From Escherichia phage ECp13, in sequence record PP274704.1: a stretch of 64,000 nucleotides of DNA. The stretch is one strand, 5' to 3'. Positions 28,705 through 36,800 of the stretch are shown in pieces. The notes under the pieces were generated by a model. It was given only the letters and a program-made list of their open reading frames with translations, did not search any database and was not told the origin of the DNA. Made by a program: the position numbers and the translations under genes. Within the stretch, counting starts at the first letter, position 1; the number at the start of each line of letters is the position of its first letter.

Positions 28705-29303
28705 AATATTCAGCAATGCAATTAAAAGATTTTAAAATCAAATCAATGGATGCATCGGTGCGTGCTTCTATTCGCGAAGAATTACTTTCTGAAGGATTTA
28801 ATTTATCCGAAATTGAACTTTTAATTCATTGTATTACTAATAAGCCAGACGATCATTCTTGGTTAAATGAAATAATCAAATCTCGTTTGGAACCAAACGA
28901 TAAACCTCTTTGGAGAGGTGTTCCAGTTGAGACTAAGCAGGTGTTAAATCAAGGAATTGATATTATTACATTTGATAAAGTAGTATCAGCTTCATATGAT
29001 AAAAATATAGCTCTACATTTTGCTTCTGGATTAGAATACAATACACAAGTTATTTTTGAATTCAAAGCTCCTATGGTATTTAATTTCCAGGAGTATGCTA
29101 TAAAAGCTCTACGTTGTAAAGAATATAGTCCGAGTTTTAAGTTTCCAGATAGCCATCGCTATCGTAATATGGAATTAGTTTCAGATGAACAAGAAGTAAT
29201 GATACCTGCTGGAAGTGTATTTAGAATTGCGGATAGATACGAGTATAAAAAGTATTCAACATACACTATCTATACTCTTGATTTTGAAGGATTTAATCTA
29301 TAA
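28701..29303 (+). CDS. modA: ADP-ribosyltransferase ModA
   Basis: 200 aa; paralog of ModB; LWRG / SAS / EQEVMIP; ATGA overlap. Confidence 0.75.
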   Translation: MKYSAMQLKDFKIKSMDASVRASIREELLSEGFNLSEIELLIHCITNKPDDHSWLNEIIKSRLEPNDKPLWRGVPVETKQVLNQGIDIITFDKVVSASYDKNIALHFASGLEYNTQVIFEFKAPMVFNFQEYAIKALRCKEYSPSFKFPDSHRYRNMELVSDEQEVMIPAGSVFRIADRYEYKKYSTYTIYTLDFEGFNL

Positions 29304-29349
29304 TGGAAGGACTTAGATTCATTATACCACGAAAGTTTTAAAGCATTTT

Positions 29350-29392
29350 TCATAAAGTTGTTTACAAACTGAAGTAAAAATGTTATAGTATA
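29350..29392 (+). promoter_or_regulatory. Early promoter (GTTTAC plus TATAGT)
   Basis: cataaagttGTTTACaaactgaagtaaaaatgtTATAGT. Confidence 0.5.
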
Positions 29393-29419
29393 AGTAGTTA
29401 ACCCGTCCGTGAGAAAAAT

Positions 29420-30166
29420 ATGAAACTGTCTAAAAATCAAATTCGTAAAATTACACGTCGTCTAGAGCATACCCAGGCATCTGCTAAAAGACGTTCTAAA
29501 GATTTTAACTTAGACTTCAATTACATTAAGAACATTTTAGATCAGAAAGTTTGCGCTTACTCAGGAGAACCTTTTGATAATCGTATTGAAGGAGAGAAAT
29601 TATCATTAGAACGTTTTGATAATAACGTTGGATACATTAAAGGGAATGTTATTGCAGTAAAGAAAAAGTACAATACATTTCGTTCTGATTATACTTTAGA
29701 AGAGTTGATTGAAAAGCGTGATTTATTTGCTTTGCGAATTGGTCGTTCATCTGCGAAAAAGGTTCATAAACTAAATTTAGATGAAAAGAAATGGGCTAAA
29801 ATCAAAAAGACTTATAATCAAATTAAAGCTATACAGAAAAAACGTGAAAACCGAATTGAACACATTTCTCAGCTTTCTAAATCAAAACAAACCTCTGACA
29901 TTAAGCTAACGATTGTAGCACTCAAAGCTCGTATTGATGGTTCTCGTATAGCAGAAGGAACTGAAGTTGTTAAATTGAACGTTCTTCTTAAAGGCTCTGA
30001 TTGGAAAACTGTGAAAAAGTTGTCAGAAGCAGAAATGCAATATGATATGTGTGATAAAATTATTCAAGGTGTAGAGCGGTATCAAAACTTGTCTTTTATT
30101 GATAAACTTAAACTGAAAAGAGGATACCCGCTAAATTGTTCAATTTTTAAACTTATCCGAGGATAA
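29420..30166 (+). CDS. srd: Srd-like protein (assigned by position)
   Basis: 248 aa basic protein between modA and dda.1. Confidence 0.5.
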   Translation: MKLSKNQIRKITRRLEHTQASAKRRSKDFNLDFNYIKNILDQKVCAYSGEPFDNRIEGEKLSLERFDNNVGYIKGNVIAVKKKYNTFRSDYTLEELIEKRDLFALRIGRSSAKKVHKLNLDEKKWAKIKKTYNQIKAIQKKRENRIEHISQLSKSKQTSDIKLTIVALKARIDGSRIAEGTEVVKLNVLLKGSDWKTVKKLSEAEMQYDMCDKIIQGVERYQNLSFIDKLKLKRGYPLNCSIFKLIRG

Positions 30167-30167
30167 T

Positions 30168-30479
30168 ATGTTTTATGTATATGCGATAGTGTATAGAGAC
30201 AAAGATGGATTTGCAGTGCCTGTTCCTCTTGATGAACATCGTCCTGCTGTATTTTTTGAAAGGGAGATTGCTGATAAAGTTTTTACAACTCTTAAAGAGC
30301 AGTATCTACTAGCTTTAGGTATGGGAATTCCTAGATTAGTTGAGACTCCACGCAAGTTTTGGTTTAATAAAATAGAAGTTAAACATGTTAAGCCTGATGT
30401 AGACACACAAAGATTATATCGGCGAATTTTAGATACTGGGCGTATTGTTAGTATACCAATTGCAGGGAATTTACGATGA
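30168..30479 (+). CDS. Hypothetical protein (103 aa), dda.1 position
   Basis: ORF track; coupled to dda. Confidence 0.55.
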   Translation: MFYVYAIVYRDKDGFAVPVPLDEHRPAVFFEREIADKVFTTLKEQYLLALGMGIPRLVETPRKFWFNKIEVKHVKPDVDTQRLYRRILDTGRIVSIPIAGNLR

Positions 30480-31795
30480 CATTTGATGATTTGACAGAAG
30501 GCCAGAAAAATGCCTTTAACATCGTTATGAGGGCTATTAAAGAAAAGAAACATCATGTAACTATTAATGGACCTGCTGGTACTGGTAAGACTACTCTTAC
30601 TAAGTTCATCATTGAAGCCTTAATATCTACGGGCGAAACTGGCATTATTTTAGCAGCTCCTACTCATGCAGCTAAAAAGATTCTTTCAAAACTGTCAGGG
30701 AAAGAAGCGAGTACTATTCACAGTATTCTCAAAATTAACCCGGTAACATATGAAGAAAACGTTCTTTTTGAACAAAAAGAAGTACCGGATTTAGCTAAAT
30801 GTAGAGTATTAATCTGCGACGAAGTGTCAATGTATGATAGAAAGCTATTTAAAATTCTGCTTTCAACTATCCCGCCGTGGTGTACTATAATTGGAATAGG
30901 CGATAATAAGCAAATTAGACCTGTTGACCCAGGAGAAAACACCGCTTATATCAGTCCGTTCTTTACACATAAAGATTTTTATCAGTGTGAACTCACTGAA
31001 GTTAAACGCAGTAATGCTCCTATTATTGATGTAGCTACTGATGTTCGCAACGGTAAGTGGATTTATGATAAAGTTGTTGACGGGCATGGAGTACGTGGAT
31101 TTACTGGTGATACCGCTTTACGTGATTTTATGGTAAATTATTTTTCAATCGTAAAATCACTAGACGATTTGTTTGAAAATCGCGTAATGGCATTTACGAA
31201 TAAATCTGTTGATAAGTTAAATAGCATTATTCGCAAAAAGATTTTTGAAACTGATAAAGATTTTATCGTTGGTGAAATTATTGTAATGCAGGAACCATTA
31301 ATTAAAACATATAAAATTGATGGAAAGCCTGTGTCAGAAATTATTTTTAATAACGGACAATTAGTTCGTATTATAGAAGCAGAGTATACATCAACATTTG
31401 TTAAAGCTCGTGGTGTTTCTGGAGAATATCTAATTCGTCATTGGGATTTAACGGTAGAAACTTACGGCGATGATGAATATTATCGTGAAAAGATTAAAAT
31501 AATTTCATCTGATGAAGAGCTGTATAAGTTTAACTTATTTTTAGGTAAAACGGCAGAAACGTATAAAAATTGGAATAAAGGTGGAAAAGCTCCGTGGAGT
31601 GATTTTTGGGATGCTAAATCACAGTTTAGTAAAGTGAAAGCACTTCCTGCATCAACATTCCATAAAGCTCAGGGCATGTCTGTAGACCGTGCTTTCATCT
31701 ATACACCTTGTATTCATTATGCAGATGCTGAATTGGCTCAGCAGCTTCTTTATGTTGGTGTCACTCGTGGTCGTTATGATGTGTTTTATGTGTGA
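30476..31795 (+). CDS. dda: DNA helicase Dda (SF1B)
   Basis: 439 aa; Walker A GPAGTGKTT; close match to remembered T4 Dda. Confidence 0.9.
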   Translation: MTFDDLTEGQKNAFNIVMRAIKEKKHHVTINGPAGTGKTTLTKFIIEALISTGETGIILAAPTHAAKKILSKLSGKEASTIHSILKINPVTYEENVLFEQKEVPDLAKCRVLICDEVSMYDRKLFKILLSTIPPWCTIIGIGDNKQIRPVDPGENTAYISPFFTHKDFYQCELTEVKRSNAPIIDVATDVRNGKWIYDKVVDGHGVRGFTGDTALRDFMVNYFSIVKSLDDLFENRVMAFTNKSVDKLNSIIRKKIFETDKDFIVGEIIVMQEPLIKTYKIDGKPVSEIIFNNGQLVRIIEAEYTSTFVKARGVSGEYLIRHWDLTVETYGDDEYYREKIKIISSDEELYKFNLFLGKTAETYKNWNKGGKAPWSDFWDAKSQFSKVKALPASTFHKAQGMSVDRAFIYTPCIHYADAELAQQLLYVGVTRGRYDVFYV

Positions 31796-31801
31796 GGATA
31801 T

Positions 31802-32062
31802 ATGATTAACATCAATTCAAAATATTTAAATCGTCTAATAGATGGTATAAAGAAGCACACTGATAAGCAAGATAACCTCAGTGTTATGGTAACAGGAGCT
31901 GAGCTCCTTTATAAGCTTAATCTTATAAGTGATACTATACTAGCAATTAAACGAATTGAAAAACAATCATATCACAGTAATACAGACACGGTAATTACGC
32001 TAGATGAAAGTGTCTGTAAGCTGTTGATTAAATTTGAGGAAGCTATTCGTGGAAATAACTAA
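31802..32062 (+). CDS. Hypothetical protein (86 aa), member 1 of a tandem paralog trio
   Basis: ORF track; C-terminal region resembles the next two ORFs. Confidence 0.5.
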   Translation: MININSKYLNRLIDGIKKHTDKQDNLSVMVTGAELLYKLNLISDTILAIKRIEKQSYHSNTDTVITLDESVCKLLIKFEEAIRGNN

Positions 32063-32294
32063 AGACCAGTTTTATCTGCTTCAAGATAAAGTGAGCGAAA
32101 TTTATGAAATAGCTTATAGTAAAAATCGTACAAATGTAAAAATTGAATCAGGCAAGTTAATGCTTCAATTGGAAGAAATTGAACGAGATTTGATTGCGTT
32201 AGAATTCTTTTGCGGTGAAGTGAAAACTGTTACAATCAGTGATTATGTTTTAGGTGAAATTAGCCATCTTTATAAGGCGGTTATTAATGATTGA
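32034..32294 (+). CDS. Hypothetical protein, paralog 2 (start uncertain: TTG 32034 or GTG 32049)
   Basis: ORF track; ...LQLEEIERDLIALEFF...VTISDYVLGEISHLYKAV. Confidence 0.4.
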   Translation: MRKLFVEITKDQFYLLQDKVSEIYEIAYSKNRTNVKIESGKLMLQLEEIERDLIALEFFCGEVKTVTISDYVLGEISHLYKAVIND

Positions 32295-32529
32295 ATTAAG
32301 TTTGCATCAGTTTAAGTCTCTTATGGCAAATGTTAAAGCTGTCATTCAAGAAAATTCAGGACCTGATAATGTTACTATTCGCGAAAAAGCTTTAAAGATA
32401 GTATACAGTCTTGAAGAGATACAAAAAGATATTGAATCTATGGCAAAATTTATTGATGAGCCCATTAATAAAGTTTATATCCAAGATTATACTGTAGGTC
32501 AAATTCGCGATTTAGCGAGGAAAATTTAA
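32287..32529 (+). CDS. Hypothetical protein, paralog 3 (80 aa from ATG 32287; ORF track starts 32254)
   Basis: ...SLEEIQKDIESMAKF...VYIQDYTVGQIRDLARKI. Confidence 0.4.
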   Translation: MIELSLHQFKSLMANVKAVIQENSGPDNVTIREKALKIVYSLEEIQKDIESMAKFIDEPINKVYIQDYTVGQIRDLARKI

Positions 32530-33212
32530 TGTTTGATTTTATTATAGATTTTGAAACAATGGGAAGCGGTGAAAAGGCAGCTGTTATTGATTTGGCTGTT
32601 ATTGCCTTTGACCCTAATCCAGAAGTAGTTGAAACATTTGATGAATTAGTTTCACGCGGCATTAAAATCAAGTTTGATTTAAAAAGCCAAAAAGGACATC
32701 GTCTTTTTACTAAAAGCACTATCGAATGGTGGAAAAATCAATCTCCTGAAGCTCGAAAAAATATTGCACCATCAGATGAAGATGTAAGCACTATCGATGG
32801 TATTGCAAAATTTAATGATTACATCAATGCGCATAATATCGATCCTTGGAAATCTCAAGGCTGGTGCCGTGGAATGTCGTTTGATTTTCCAATTTTAGTT
32901 GATCTCATTCGTGATATTCAGCGTCTTAACGGCGTTTCCGAGAATGAGCTTGATACGTTTAAGTTAGAACCTTGTAAATTCTGGAATCAACGCGATATTC
33001 GCACCAGAATTGAAGCACTTCTGCTTGTTCGTGATATGACCACATGTCCTCTTCCAAAGGGAACTTTAGACGGGTTCGTTGCGCATGATTCTATTCATGA
33101 CTGTGCGAAAGACATCCTGATGATGAAGTATGCTTTGCGATATGCTATGGGTCTTGAAGATGCTCCGTCAGAGGAAGAGTGCGATCCTCTATCTCTTCCA
33201 ACAAAACGATAA
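32529..33212 (+). CDS. dexA: Exonuclease A DexA (DEDD family)
   Basis: 227 aa; N-terminal DFETMG motif. Confidence 0.85.
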   Translation: MFDFIIDFETMGSGEKAAVIDLAVIAFDPNPEVVETFDELVSRGIKIKFDLKSQKGHRLFTKSTIEWWKNQSPEARKNIAPSDEDVSTIDGIAKFNDYINAHNIDPWKSQGWCRGMSFDFPILVDLIRDIQRLNGVSENELDTFKLEPCKFWNQRDIRTRIEALLLVRDMTTCPLPKGTLDGFVAHDSIHDCAKDILMMKYALRYAMGLEDAPSEEECDPLSLPTKR

Positions 33213-33252
33213 AAAGTTGTTTACTTCCTCGGTTAGTTGTGGTATTATAACA
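33210..33252 (+). promoter_or_regulatory. Early promoter (GTTTAC plus TATTAT)
   Basis: aaaagttGTTTACttcctcggttagttgtggTATTATaac. Confidence 0.5.
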
Positions 33253-33275
33253 CCATAGCTACTGAGGATAATAAA

Positions 33276-33785
33276 ATGAAAATTTATCGTGTTGAATCAT
33301 CGTTTAGTATTCTTGATTATGAAGATGCTATAACAATACGTCGAAATCTTTGTGTTCAAATAACGCCGTACAGGAGTATAATAGATTCATGGAGCGAAGA
33401 GTGGCTATTACGTGTAGGTTATAGTAGACCTAATTTTATGCATCATAGCGATAATAATAAAAGAATTCCTCTTCCGCGCGAAGACAAATTATTAGTTAAA
33501 AATGCTAATATAGCAATTAATACTAAATTTGAGAAAGAGGAATATGTAGGCGTAGATCACTATATTCCAGGATGGTTTATAGCTCTTTATCATTTTGCTT
33601 TCGCTAGTGAATATGATATGATGAGATGGTTCACACGAGAAGAGCGTGAAGAATTATCTTCTAAAGGATTTTATCTCGCTGTATACGAAGTTCCTGAAGA
33701 TGAAGTTATCATTGGCGGACACCAAGTAATGTTCCGTAAATCCCATGCTGAACTTGTAGATTTTATTGAAATGAGACAATTATGA
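33276..33785 (+). CDS. Hypothetical protein (169 aa)
   Basis: ATG 33276 with GAGGATAA SD; track start 33237 is TTG inside the promoter -10. Confidence 0.55.
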   Translation: MKIYRVESSFSILDYEDAITIRRNLCVQITPYRSIIDSWSEEWLLRVGYSRPNFMHHSDNNKRIPLPREDKLLVKNANIAINTKFEKEEYVGVDHYIPGWFIALYHFAFASEYDMMRWFTREEREELSSKGFYLAVYEVPEDEVIIGGHQVMFRKSHAELVDFIEMRQL

Positions 33786-34324
33786 AATTTAATTATAATC
33801 CTGAATACACCCCAAATCCTATAGATAAAATATTTGATATGGATACAGCAAGCATGTACGGCACTCTTGTTAAACCATTAGAAATTAAGGAAACCTTTAT
33901 GACTGCTCGGATCATCGAAATTGGCAAAACCTACAAACTGGTTGAAACTGAAATTAAAACTACTGAACTAAGTTTGGGTTATAAAGCATTGACCAGTGTT
34001 TTGGGTGAAGGCGAGTTTGTGGTTAAAAGTTTTTCAAAAAGTAATTGGCATGATAAGAATAAAGCTTACGTGATTCGAGCACAACGCTTAGATAATGATG
34101 AAGTAATTAAAACTATAGTCTTTGAAGTAGAGCTTATCCTCTTCCAAGAATGCGATCCTACTGACCTTCTAACTCGTGCTGTAGCTATCAAGACTCCATT
34201 TGTTTCGGTCTATGGTTGGGTAACAGACCAGTGGATTGAAGATGGTGTTGAACTTCTGAACGTGGTTCATGCAGGCGATTTTAGCGTAGTACCTCGTAGT
34301 GCAGTGGTAGCTATTTTGAATTAA
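33782..34324 (+). CDS. Hypothetical protein (180 aa), paralog of 34401..34898
   Basis: C-termini align: VTDQWIEDGVELLNVVHAGDFSVVP vs ITDQWVEDGVKLYNAVFLGTYKVIP. Confidence 0.55.
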   Translation: MKFNYNPEYTPNPIDKIFDMDTASMYGTLVKPLEIKETFMTARIIEIGKTYKLVETEIKTTELSLGYKALTSVLGEGEFVVKSFSKSNWHDKNKAYVIRAQRLDNDEVIKTIVFEVELILFQECDPTDLLTRAVAIKTPFVSVYGWVTDQWIEDGVELLNVVHAGDFSVVPRSAVVAILN

Positions 34325-34358
34325 TAGTTTACAAACTCTTGGGACCAGAGTATAATGG
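34320..34358 (+). promoter_or_regulatory. Early promoter (GTTTAC, 18 nt, TATAAT)
   Basis: tagtttacaaactcttgggaccagagtataat. Confidence 0.55.
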
Positions 34359-34400
34359 TCCCGTGGAGTATAAAATCTTTTTAACAAGTGAGAGATAACT

Positions 34401-34898
34401 ATGATTATTAATATTGGTGAAATTGCTCGTGTATCTGATAAATCCCGTTCTAAAGCAGCAGGAAAATTGGTTGAAATTGTAAGCATTCAGCTTAAACACG
34501 GTGTTAAAGATGAAGATTCTGAAGTAAAAGTGCGTATCATTCCTAAAGATGGAAAATCTAAACCTCAGTTTGGCTATGTTCGTGCGAAATTTATTGAGTC
34601 TGCGTTTTTGAAAGCTGTTCCTGCTAAAGGAATTGAAACGATTGATACTTCGCATGTAGGCGTAGACTTTAAGTGGAAACTCGGTCAAGCTATTAAGTTC
34701 GTTGCTCCTTATGAATTCGAATTTACTGAAGATGAGGAAGGGGTTGTTCAAAAACACCGTACTCGCGCTATGTGTGCATACATTACCGATCAGTGGGTAG
34801 AAGATGGCGTTAAGTTGTACAACGCGGTATTTTTAGGAACATACAAAGTCATTCCAGAAAGTTGGATTAAACACTATAGCAAAGCCCGCTGTGCATAA
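34401..34898 (+). CDS. Hypothetical protein (165 aa), paralog of 33782..34324
   Basis: ORF with GAGAGATAA SD. Confidence 0.55.
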   Translation: MIINIGEIARVSDKSRSKAAGKLVEIVSIQLKHGVKDEDSEVKVRIIPKDGKSKPQFGYVRAKFIESAFLKAVPAKGIETIDTSHVGVDFKWKLGQAIKFVAPYEFEFTEDEEGVVQKHRTRAMCAYITDQWVEDGVKLYNAVFLGTYKVIPESWIKHYSKARCA

Positions 34899-34927
34899 AG
34901 TTTAAAATTTTTTCATAAAACTATATA

Positions 34928-34972
34928 CATCAGTAGTTGATTATGGTACTATATCAATATCAACTACTGATA
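34928..34972 (+). promoter_or_regulatory. Promoter-embedded stem-loop: 11-bp inverted repeat flanking a -10-like TATGGTACTATAT
   Basis: tcagtagttga (34930-40) pairs with tcaactactga (34960-70). Confidence 0.4.
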
Positions 34973-34995
34973 CAGAAAACAACTTGGAGAATAAA

Positions 34996-35265
34996 ATGGA
35001 AAACTTAATTATCATCGAACAATCTTTCAACGATTATGGTATGGCTTACGGTTATCGTGCGATAATGGAAGATTCTCGTGGATGTGTTATCGATATTGCT
35101 GAATGTAAAGATTTACTGCAGCTTTTGAAGATTGTTCGTAAAAATTGGGATTGTGAAAACATTAAAGTTCGTGTTGTAACGGAAGAAGAAACTGTTTTTC
35201 ATGATGTAAAATTCGCCAAAGGTGCTGCCACTCTTCTGAAACGCATCGCTCCAATGTTCAATTAA
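34996..35265 (+). CDS. Hypothetical protein (89 aa)
   Basis: ATG with GGAGAATAAA SD; track start 34984 is TTG. Confidence 0.5.
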   Translation: MENLIIIEQSFNDYGMAYGYRAIMEDSRGCVIDIAECKDLLQLLKIVRKNWDCENIKVRVVTEEETVFHDVKFAKGAATLLKRIAPMFN

Positions 35266-35278
35266 TGAGGAAATTGTA

Positions 35279-35494
35279 ATGAAACGTAAAAATGTTCAGA
35301 ATTGCACTAATGACGAATTTGAAGATGTATTATTCGATCCAGATTTGGTAGTAGTTCAAAAGGAACACACCGTTAAGTTTACTCACTTGACTTCGGTTTA
35401 TGTGTATGAAAAGGTTGGTGATAAACAACCCATTTACGGTGTATTCCGTGAAATTACTGAAAATGGCACAACTTACTGGAAGGAAATTTATTAA
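35279..35494 (+). CDS. Hypothetical protein (71 aa)
   Basis: ORF track; GAGGAAA SD. Confidence 0.5.
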   Translation: MKRKNVQNCTNDEFEDVLFDPDLVVVQKEHTVKFTHLTSVYVYEKVGDKQPIYGVFREITENGTTYWKEIY

Positions 35495-35913
35495 TGGCTA
35501 TTAGATTTGAAGTTAATAAATGGTATCAATTTAAAAATAAACAAGCTCAAGAAAATTTTATTAAAGACCATACTGATAACGGAATCTATGCACGCCGTTT
35601 AGGTATGCATCCTTTTAAAATTTTAGATGTTGACCATCTTGGTCGTCCTACTAAAATTGTGACATCTACTGGCACAGTTGGATATGCAAAACATGGTGAT
35701 ATCCTTGATGAAAACTTTATCTGGCTCTCTACCAACGAAGCTGGGTTCTTTGATGAAGTGGAAAATCCATATCAGGCAGCTGAAGAGCAAGAGCAGGAAG
35801 AGCAAGAACAAATAGAAGATTTCACAGAATTTCCTATCATGAAAGTTACTATTGAAAATAATGAACAGGCATGGTCCTTGTATCAGATGTTGAAAGCACA
35901 CTTTAAGGAATAA
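35494..35913 (+). CDS. Hypothetical protein (139 aa) with acidic EQ-repeat
   Basis: ORF track; internal [15 protein letters not shown]. Confidence 0.55.
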   Translation: MAIRFEVNKWYQFKNKQAQENFIKDHTDNGIYARRLGMHPFKILDVDHLGRPTKIVTSTGTVGYAKHGDILDENFIWLSTNEAGFFDEVENPYQAAEEQEQEEQEQIEDFTEFPIMKVTIENNEQAWSLYQMLKAHFKE

Positions 35914-35915
35914 TT

Positions 35916-36092
35916 ATGCCAATGTATGATTATAAATGCCAATCCGAAGATTGCGGGCATGAATATGAAAAAATTAAAAAGATTTCTGAACGAGAAAATG
36001 ATGTTTGTCCTAAATGTCATCGTCTGTCTACTCGTCGGCCTTCTGCTCCTAAGCATGTGAATGGTGGATTTTACGACTTACTTAAAGGGTGA
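35916..36092 (+). CDS. Small zinc-ribbon protein (58 aa), FmdB-like CxxC...CxxC
   Basis: MPMYDYKCQSEDCGHEYE...DVCPKCH; ATG follows previous stop. Confidence 0.45.
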   Translation: MPMYDYKCQSEDCGHEYEKIKKISERENDVCPKCHRLSTRRPSAPKHVNGGFYDLLKG

Positions 36093-36094
36093 TT

Positions 36095-36466
36095 ATGTTT
36101 AAAATCGGTAAGAAATATCGTGTTCGTGAAGGTGAAGAAAAGAAATATCTGCTTTCTTCTATTTATAGGAATGGTTCTATTAATGCCGTAATATCTACAA
36201 GCGAATTTATCGTTGAAGATATGAAAGGTAATAATGTTACAATGATTAGTACAGCATCTGGAAATGACGGAAAAATTCTTCACAGTTTTCAGAGTAATGT
36301 TCTAATATATGATGAAGAATTTGACTTCTTCGAAGAAGTTCCTGAAGATTTTAGTTTTGAATGCACTATCACTATGAAATCTGGCGACCCTCTTTCTTTT
36401 ACGGTTAAAGATGAAAGAAGCCGCTTGAGAATTATTAGTCTCCTTCAAGCCATTAAATTTGAGTGA
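36095..36466 (+). CDS. Hypothetical protein (123 aa)
   Basis: ORF track (GTG 36089 / ATG 36095). Confidence 0.5.
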   Translation: MFKIGKKYRVREGEEKKYLLSSIYRNGSINAVISTSEFIVEDMKGNNVTMISTASGNDGKILHSFQSNVLIYDEEFDFFEEVPEDFSFECTITMKSGDPLSFTVKDERSRLRIISLLQAIKFE

Positions 36467-36470
36467 AATT

Positions 36471-36731
36471 ATGAAATATGTTAATCGTTCTATCGCGGCA
36501 TTAGTATTAGCAGTGTCTTTAGCAGGATGTACTGATGCTGATAATGCAACCAAAGTTTTGTCTTCAAGTGGGTTTACTAATATTGAAATCACTGGATACA
36601 ATTGGTTCGGTTGCTCTGAAAATGATTTCCAACATACTGGATTTCGTGCTATTGGACCTACCGGGCAGAAAGTAGAAGGAACCGTATGTTCTGGTCTATT
36701 CTTCAAGGATTCGACTATCCGTTTTAAATAA
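36471..36731 (+). CDS. Putative lipoprotein (86 aa)
   Basis: Signal peptide with lipobox LAGC; ATG 36471. Confidence 0.5.
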   Translation: MKYVNRSIAALVLAVSLAGCTDADNATKVLSSSGFTNIEITGYNWFGCSENDFQHTGFRAIGPTGQKVEGTVCSGLFFKDSTIRFK

Positions 36732-36750
36732 AAGGCCTTCGGGCCTTTAG
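36731..36750 (+). terminator. Hairpin AGGCC-UUCG-GGCCU plus U-rich tail
   Basis: aaaggccttcgggccttt. Confidence 0.55.
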
Positions 36751-36800
36751 CTTTATGATTACCGGAGTATAATATTCCCGAAACCAAACGAGGATAAGTG

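Noticed and set aside
30173-30556. 127-codon minus-strand ORF
   Set aside because: Antisense to dda.1 and the start of dda; shadow ORF.
34329-34757. 142-codon minus-strand ORF
   Set aside because: Antisense to the plus-strand ORF 34401..34898 and its promoter; low-complexity translation and no ribosome binding site.
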